DNA from: Thermoplasmata archaeon
GTDB lineage: Archaea; Thermoplasmatota; Thermoplasmata; Lutacidiplasmatales; UBA184
NCBI GenBank assembly: GCA_022749895.1
Contig: JAKIWS010000007.1
Location: forward strand, 3,089 to 67,088
Length of the DNA stretch: 64,000 bases
Direction: 5' to 3'
Shown here one piece after another: positions 58,542 to 64,000 of the stretch. The notes beneath the pieces were generated by a model. That model saw only the letters and a list, made by a program, of their open reading frames with translations. It had not been told where the DNA came from and did no database searches. How positions within the stretch are numbered: the first letter of the stretch is position 1; each line of letters begins with the position of its first letter. The position numbers were made by a program, and so were the translations under genes.

Positions 58542-59117
58542 TCAGTCCGGCGCGGGCGCGCCGAAACTCTTCCGCTCGGCGCGGAGGACATCGTCGGCCG
58601 TCGAGCAACCCGCGTAGTCGTTGAGCAGCTGCCGGTTCAATGTGAGGAACGAGGCCACGCCGTGTACGCGTTCGCCCAGTTCCGCGGCGCCGGCGAGATC
58701 GCCCACGATGTACCGCGCCCCCGCGAAGGCTTCCGCCGTGTTCAGTTGACCGAGGCGGCCGTAGTGCTGCGCGTTGCCGGCGAACAGCCACGGGAGACGA
58801 CGGCGGGGCGCTCGGGCAGCGCCGGCGTCGGCTTGGGTAGGGAATCCACCGCGGGCCCAAAGCCGGTTCCACGAACAGTCGATGGCCGCGAAGCCGCCCC
58901 GCCGCGCGATCCCGCCGTCGGCGGCGCTCAGCGGATCGTTCGCGTACGGGTCGAGCAGGATCGCCCGCCCCCGGGAGCCAGCGAGCGGCCGCGCGAGCCC
59001 GAGCCGCAGTAGCTGGCGCCCGGTGCACGCCTTGGGATGGTCTTCGCCCGCGACGATGAGGAGGAGGGGAATCCGACCGTCAGGCGAGGGGTTGCGCGTA
59101 CTCGCGGAAGAGGGCAT
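58542..59117 (-). CDS. tsr3: rRNA aminocarboxypropyltransferase Tsr3
   Basis: EDHPKACTG, IDCSWN, RRLP.L.A.N..HYG....LNTAEA, FL.LN..LL..Y. Confidence 0.88.
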   Translation of the reverse strand: MPSSASTRNPSPDGRIPLLLIVAGEDHPKACTGRQLLRLGLARPLAGSRGRAILLDPYANDPLSAADGGIARRGGFAAIDCSWNRLWARGGFPTQADAGAARAPRRRLPWLFAGNAQHYGRLGQLNTAEAFAGARYIVGDLAGAAELGERVHGVASFLTLNRQLLNDYAGCSTADDVLRAERKSFGAPAPD

Positions 59118-60060
59118 GGAGCTCCCGGGTCAGCGTCAGCGCCTCCAGGCGAGGCCGCTGCCAGAGGTTTCTCCCAAAGATGATCCCGGTCGCCCCCGCG
59201 TCCATCGAGTGCCGGACCTTGCCGAGCAGTTCGCCGTCGGCGACCTTTTCGCCGCCCGAAACGAGAACCAGCGCCCGACCCGCGCTCGCCACGACCTTGC
59301 GGAACGCCGCCTCCGGCGTGAGGTCCAACATGTTGTACGGCGGCGGGCTCTCCTTGTCCTTCTCGGAGCGCACCGGATAGTTCAGCTTCACAATGTCCGC
59401 ACCGAGCTCGAGCGCGACGCGGGCCGCATAGTCGATGGCGTACAGACTCTCTTTACCGCCTTTCTTTGCGACCGCCTCGCCCCGCGGGTACGCCCAAACG
59501 ATCACCGGCATCCCGAGCCGCTCGGCGTCCTGGCGCACGTCGAGGAACTGGCGGAAATCCCGGTCCTGAGCCGGGGATCCCACGTAGACGGTGTAGCCCA
59601 CAGCGTCGGCGCCCAGGCGTACCGCATCCTCGACCGTGCCCGTGAGCGAGCTGAACGACTGGGCATCGGACGGGATCGCGGTCTTGCCGTTCAACTTGAG
59701 GATCAGGGGGACGGTGCCGGCAAAGTCGTGGCCGTACTTCTCCGCGAGGCCGATGTGGAGCGCGATCGCCGAGAAGTGGCCGTCGTGGGCCAGCTGGTAC
59801 TGGTACTCCGGGTTCAACGCCTCCGGATTCTCGAAGAAATCGACGGGCCCGTGTTCCAGCCCCTGGTCGATCGGAAGCACCAGGAGCGTTCCGCCCCCCG
59901 GCCCGTAGTCGTAGAGAAGGCGCTTCAGTCGGGTCCGCTTACCGGGCGATAGTCCGAGGTCGCTCAAGCGGGGTCGCATCACCCGCGGACCGCGCGAGGG
60001 GGGGACCTCGGCCGCCAACGACGCGACGCTGGGGGACGTTCGCGCACCCGGTTCGGACAT
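59080..60060 (-). CDS. Class I fructose-bisphosphate aldolase (DhnA family)
   Basis: LPIDQGLEHGP, LGADAVGYT, WAYPRG, ELGADIVK, SGG, FGRN.WQ. Confidence 0.9.
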   Translation of the reverse strand: MSEPGARTSPSVASLAAEVPPSRGPRVMRPRLSDLGLSPGKRTRLKRLLYDYGPGGGTLLVLPIDQGLEHGPVDFFENPEALNPEYQYQLAHDGHFSAIALHIGLAEKYGHDFAGTVPLILKLNGKTAIPSDAQSFSSLTGTVEDAVRLGADAVGYTVYVGSPAQDRDFRQFLDVRQDAERLGMPVIVWAYPRGEAVAKKGGKESLYAIDYAARVALELGADIVKLNYPVRSEKDKESPPPYNMLDLTPEAAFRKVVASAGRALVLVSGGEKVADGELLGKVRHSMDAGATGIIFGRNLWQRPRLEALTLTRELHALFREYAQPLA

Positions 60061-60133
60061 CGAAAATCTCTCCTCGGCCAAGTAGCCGAGTTCGGCATTT
60101 AACGGTTGGTTTGCCTCCGAAGTTGGCCGTCAG

Positions 60134-60168
60134 AAAAAAAGGGGAGGGCGGGGGGGGCCGCCCTCCCC
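60134..60168 (-). terminator. Hairpin plus T7 terminator after the 60220-60684 gene
   Basis: GGGGAGGGCGG-C6-CCGCCCTCCCC-TTTTTTT. Confidence 0.7.
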
Positions 60169-60219
60169 AGAGGGGGTCGATGGGTGGTCGAAGGGTTTGG
60201 TCCTCGAAGCGCCGCTCCT

Positions 60220-60684
60220 TTACGGCGCGAGCACCGCCACCGAGGTCGTCGCGGTCATTTGGGTGCTGGGGAAGTACACGTGCACCGTCGTCGGGTAGAC
60301 GCCCGGACCCTGCGCCATGCAGCTGACCTGCGGGAGGGAGACGGTCATGCAGCCCGAGGGGAGCGCTGTGTAGAAGAACGCCACCGGGGTCATGCAGACC
60401 GCGCTCGGTCCGCTCTTGTGGAACAGCACCTGCGTCTGGAGCTGGATGTGCTGCCCCATGCGGAGCACGGGCGGGTTGGCGACCAGGGCGACCGTGACCG
60501 TGCAGGTCGCGCTCGGGCCGACCGAGTGCGAGCCGGAGATCGCCAGGTTCGACGGGAGGCCCTTGAGCGCCGCCGACTGGGAGACCGGGCTCGCGTGCGC
60601 CGCCGGGATCAAAGTCAACGAGACCCCGACCACCATCAGGAACGCGAGGCCGGTCGCGCCGCGGACGAGCAGGCGGGAGCTCAT
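60220..60684 (-). CDS. Small secreted Ig-like protein
   Basis: Signal peptide; YTALPSGC......SC.....GVY matches the last domain of the PKD protein. Confidence 0.7.
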   Translation of the reverse strand: MSSRLLVRGATGLAFLMVVGVSLTLIPAAHASPVSQSAALKGLPSNLAISGSHSVGPSATCTVTVALVANPPVLRMGQHIQLQTQVLFHKSGPSAVCMTPVAFFYTALPSGCMTVSLPQVSCMAQGPGVYPTTVHVYFPSTQMTATTSVAVLAP

Positions 60685-60941
60685 GCGCGGCCCCCGAACG
60701 GCAGCAGGGTCCGCTGGAGGAAGGTCAAGGGGCGGGGTCGGGAGCGGCCCGCGACCGCGTCCTCCGATCCCCGCTCCTGTAGCTCGAGCTGGCCCCGGGC
60801 TCCAAGGACTCCGTCGGCAAGGCTTTCACCCTCGTTGCAGAGGTTGTTGCCGGCGCGTAGGCAGGAGCGGCATCCACGGACGTGGATGTCCCAGCTGAGC
60901 ATGGCGTCCTCCACCGCGAAAGCCGCGAAGTCGGCGACCAT
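60681..60941 (-). CDS. Small hypothetical protein (H..GCRSC...C)
   Basis: ATGA overlap with the downstream gene; GAGGAG upstream. Confidence 0.45.
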   Translation of the reverse strand: MVADFAAFAVEDAMLSWDIHVRGCRSCLRAGNNLCNEGESLADGVLGARGQLELQERGSEDAVAGRSRPRPLTFLQRTLLPFGGRA

Positions 60942-61151
60942 CAGTCGCTCTCCTCGGCGCTCGCGGTCGGAATCGTTCGGCGACTGATCTGGCGCGCTTT
61001 TCGTTGGGGGTTCGAAGGCATGTTCGACCGACCTCGACCTATCATATGTCCGATGTTTCGGGGCCGGTGTCGCGCCCGGGGGCTCTCCCCGTCAGAGCGG
61101 AAGGTTCTTCCCCTGTCGGCGACATGTGCGACAACTGTCGGAGCGCTGACA

Positions 61152-61784
61152 GTGTCGCGACAAGCCCGCGAGGAGCTGGAGGAGGCGGTCCAGGCGCTGG
61201 AACGCGAGCACGCGGAGTGGACGGCGGCGCGGATCGAGGCCGAGCTGGCCGGGCGGAATCCCCTCGCCTACGGGAGCTGGATCGACGAGACTCCGGAGCT
61301 CCGATCGCGACTACGCGCCGTTCAGCGCTGGCGGATCGGTTCCCGAGGGCGGTCGGCGGGAATGGGAGCCCGTCACTTGTTCCCCTACGTGTGGCCCGTC
61401 GGGGAGCGGCAGCGCAAGGAGATGGAACCGACGTTCTCGACGTCGAACCTGCGGGTCTCGGGGAGCTGGCGACTGTTCCTCTACAATTGCAGCCCCGAGG
61501 TCGTGCGGGATGTTCGGGTCTTCCTCGACCGCACCGAGATCGACTACGCCCCGTCGGTCCTCGAAGGACGGTTCACGGAGATCCACTGGCAGAAGGTCGA
61601 TGAGATCCGCGCCCGCTGCCTGGCGCAAGCTCCTCCGGAGACCTCCCGGCACCCGTTCCGGGCCGAGTTCGTGATCGCGCGCGGGACACGGCAGGCGACC
61701 GTGGACGGCGACCTGATGCTGAACGTCCTTCAGGGGTGGGTCCACTTTGGGTCGAGGGACGGCCGCAATCGGGATCTCGAGTAG
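61152..61784 (+). CDS. Hypothetical protein
   Basis: Coherent ORF; helical N-terminus and beta-rich C-terminus. Confidence 0.6.
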   Translation: MSRQAREELEEAVQALEREHAEWTAARIEAELAGRNPLAYGSWIDETPELRSRLRAVQRWRIGSRGRSAGMGARHLFPYVWPVGERQRKEMEPTFSTSNLRVSGSWRLFLYNCSPEVVRDVRVFLDRTEIDYAPSVLEGRFTEIHWQKVDEIRARCLAQAPPETSRHPFRAEFVIARGTRQATVDGDLMLNVLQGWVHFGSRDGRNRDLE

Positions 61785-61896
61785 ACCCCTCGCCTCCGAG
61801 GGGGAAGGCCGAGGCACCCCCGATTCGCAACCGTCCGCGGGCACGAACCCTTAACCCCGCTCGGCGTTCCTCGACCAGGGAGTCCCCCGCGTCGCG

Positions 61897-62781
61897 ATGC
61901 GTCCGCAGGTGGTCATCGTCGGTACGATCCTCCTCGACGCGGTCCTCTTCGTCGTTAACCTGGTCGTAGCTATTCGAAGCGGCAGCCACGCCGTTCTCTC
62001 GCAGGCGGTCTACTCGATCACCGACCTGGTGGGCGGCGTGTTCCTCCTCGGAGGGTTCGTCGCCTCCCGGCGGCCCCCGACGAAGGAGCACCAGTTCGGC
62101 CACGGCAAGGAGCGGTTCTTCTGGGCGTTCTCGGCGTCGCTCGTCGCTTTCAGCCTCGCCGGCCTCCTCGTCCTGACGAGCGGCATCCAGCAGGTCATCT
62201 CGCCCGGGCCGGTCGCCCACCTGGATCAGGCGCTCTTCGTCGTCGGGGGAACGCTCGTCGTCAGCCTCGCGAGCATCGAGGTGACGCTCCGCGAGCTACG
62301 CCGGGACCGTACCACCGTCGCCTCCCTCTTGGAGTCCGCCCACCAGGGGCTCAAGTCGATCTTCTACCAGGACCTGGTCTCCGTCCTCGGCTCGGTCGTC
62401 GCGTTCGGCGGGATCGCTGTCGTCTACGTGACCCATGACGCGCGGATCGATGGCTGGACCGCGGGGGCCGTCGGCGTCATCCTGATCGCCATGGGGTTCG
62501 TCATGGCCGCGGAGAACCGCGAGTATCTCGTCGGCAAGGCGATCTCGCCCGAGGAGGCGGCCCCGATCGTCCTGGTCGCCGAAAAGGACGCGCGCGTGCG
62601 GAAGGTGCGGAGCGTCCAATCGATGATGCTCGGGCCGGACGACGTGCTGGTCGCGCTCCGGATCAACTTTCAGAACGGCCTCACCACCGACCAGATCGAG
62701 ACCGCCATCGACGAGCTCGGGCAGGCGATGCGCCAGAACTACCCGGCGCTCCGCCACCTGATCATCGAACCGGAGTCGTAG
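61897..62781 (+). CDS. Cation diffusion facilitator transporter
   Basis: SGS.AVLS.A.YS..D, H.FGHGKE, C-terminal IIEPE. Confidence 0.9.
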   Translation: MRPQVVIVGTILLDAVLFVVNLVVAIRSGSHAVLSQAVYSITDLVGGVFLLGGFVASRRPPTKEHQFGHGKERFFWAFSASLVAFSLAGLLVLTSGIQQVISPGPVAHLDQALFVVGGTLVVSLASIEVTLRELRRDRTTVASLLESAHQGLKSIFYQDLVSVLGSVVAFGGIAVVYVTHDARIDGWTAGAVGVILIAMGFVMAAENREYLVGKAISPEEAAPIVLVAEKDARVRKVRSVQSMMLGPDDVLVALRINFQNGLTTDQIETAIDELGQAMRQNYPALRHLIIEPES

Positions 62782-62805
62782 CGGGCGAAGGACCGGCGGG
62801 CGGAC

Positions 62806-64000
62806 TCACACCATCGCTGAGGCGACCTTCGCCCGTCGGAGATCGACGTACCGTAACCCCGTCAGGACGACCAGCGCAGCGGCGATCGAGCCAAAGAACA
62901 GGTCGAGCCCGACCGCTCCCAGCGCCGCGAAAAGCCCCGTCGAGGCGGCGAGACCGGTGATCATGCCAAGGCTGATCATCAGCGTGTACACGGCCATCGT
63001 CGTCGCGCGGGTCAGCTGTTCGCTGAGATCGGTGAGGGCGGCGAGCGCGGCCGGCCCGTAGGCGAGCGCCAGGAGGATGCTCACCCCGGCGGCGCCCAGG
63101 AGTACCGGGAGAGGGCCGTAGGTGCTCAGCAGGGCGGCGATCGCCATGAGGAGCACGAAGCCAACGGTCCCGACCGTCATGAGTCGGAAGCGGCCGTACC
63201 GGTCGGCGAGATGCCCCAAGTATGGCTGGGTGGCGAGGAGGACCAACCCGCCTCCGCCGATCACCGCGGCGAGATAGGTCGCCGGGATCCCGGCCCCGGT
63301 GGAGGCGGTCCCCAGGAAGACGAACGCGGTGCCGATCAGCATGTAGATCACGAGCCACGGGAGGACGACCAGGAGAACGTCGCGCCGCAAGATGGCGGCG
63401 CGCACGCGCGCGAGGTCGAACGTCGTGGGACGGCCTCGGGCGCCCTGACCGCCCACGGAGTATCGCGCGACGACGAGCCCCGCGAACAGCAGGGCGGCCC
63501 CGAGGCGGAACACCCACGGGAGGACATGGTTGGGGACGAGCCCGAGCAACCCGAAGCCGATCGCGAACCCGAGGATCCAACCCAGGAGATTCACCGCGTC
63601 GAACCGCCCCATCTCCCGACCGCGCTCCGTCGCCTTCGCGCGGTCGGCGACGACCGCGAGGCTCGGGGCCAGGATGGCGCCGCTCGCGACGCCGAAGACC
63701 AGGTTCAGGGGCGCCAGGGCCCACGCCGCGCGCGTGAACGAGACGACCGCGAGGACCGCCGCCGCCACGGCCATGCCGCCGAACAGAACCGGGAACCGGC
63801 CGTACCGGTCGGCCGCGAGCCCGGAAAGAACCACCGTCGAGAACTCCCCGATCGGCGAGAGGGCGGCGATGACGCCCACGAGACCGACCGTGTCGGCGTC
63901 GAGGCCGGAGGAACGTCCAAGGATGTACGCGGCGAAGACCGAGACCGTGAGGCCGAAGCCGAACCGAACGAAGAACGTCGCCCCGAGGACCGCCCGAAGT
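62806..64000 (-). CDS. MFS transporter (5' end outside the window)
   Basis: GLAADRYGR and GHLADRYGR motif A, about 12 TMs. Confidence 0.88.
   Translation of the reverse strand, partial: LRAVLGATFFVRFGFGLTVSVFAAYILGRSSGLDADTVGLVGVIAALSPIGEFSTVVLSGLAADRYGRFPVLFGGMAVAAAVLAVVSFTRAAWALAPLNLVFGVASGAILAPSLAVVADRAKATERGREMGRFDAVNLLGWILGFAIGFGLLGLVPNHVLPWVFRLGAALLFAGLVVARYSVGGQGARGRPTTFDLARVRAAILRRDVLLVVLPWLVIYMLIGTAFVFLGTASTGAGIPATYLAAVIGGGGLVLLATQPYLGHLADRYGRFRLMTVGTVGFVLLMAIAALLSTYGPLPVLLGAAGVSILLALAYGPAALAALTDLSEQLTRATTMAVYTLMISLGMITGLAASTGLFAALGAVGLDLFFGSIAAALVVLTGLRYVDLRRAKVASAMV

Noticed and set aside
1-64000. CRISPR array, cas genes, transposases, integrases, rRNA
   Set aside because: No regularly spaced repeats or recognisable motifs seen; repeats in the kelch and PKD genes are protein-level.
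1-64000. Genome-wide TAG reassignment
   Set aside because: Core genes (gltA, tuf, rps10, argF) end at TAG at the expected positions.

Overview
High-GC archaeal chromosomal segment, most consistent with class Thermoplasmata (inferred from EF-1alpha, S10, aMBF1, membrane-bound LonB, a Thermoplasma-like proteasome alpha N-terminus, a tricorn-factor-like M1 peptidase and Tsr3). About 1-26 kb is housekeeping: gltA, mptD-pssA-psd-rps10-tuf, argF, thiolase/DUF35, tRNA-Phe, topA-creatininase-uvrA-uvrC, psmA-like, folD, lonB-nadM-metB. About 26-53.6 kb, between tRNA-Thr and tRNA-Ala, is richer in accessory genes: two TA modules, kelch/PKD surface proteins, a two-component system and many hypotheticals. 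The main signals the ORF track does not show are: (1) tandem tRNA-Gln(CTG) and tRNA-Leu(TAG) genes at 57.2-57.5 kb carrying three non-canonical BHB introns (59/60; 21/22 plus 59/60); (2) ORB-like boxes (TTCCAGTGGAAAT + G-string) at 40.6 and 43.1 kb with no orc1/cdc6 in the window, a candidate replication origin; (3) a relBE-only cassette between tRNA-Ala and a degenerate copy of its 3' end; (4) several genes whose conserved N-termini lack ATG/GTG/TTG starts or contain an in-frame TAG. All calls come from reading motifs by eye; no database searches were run.
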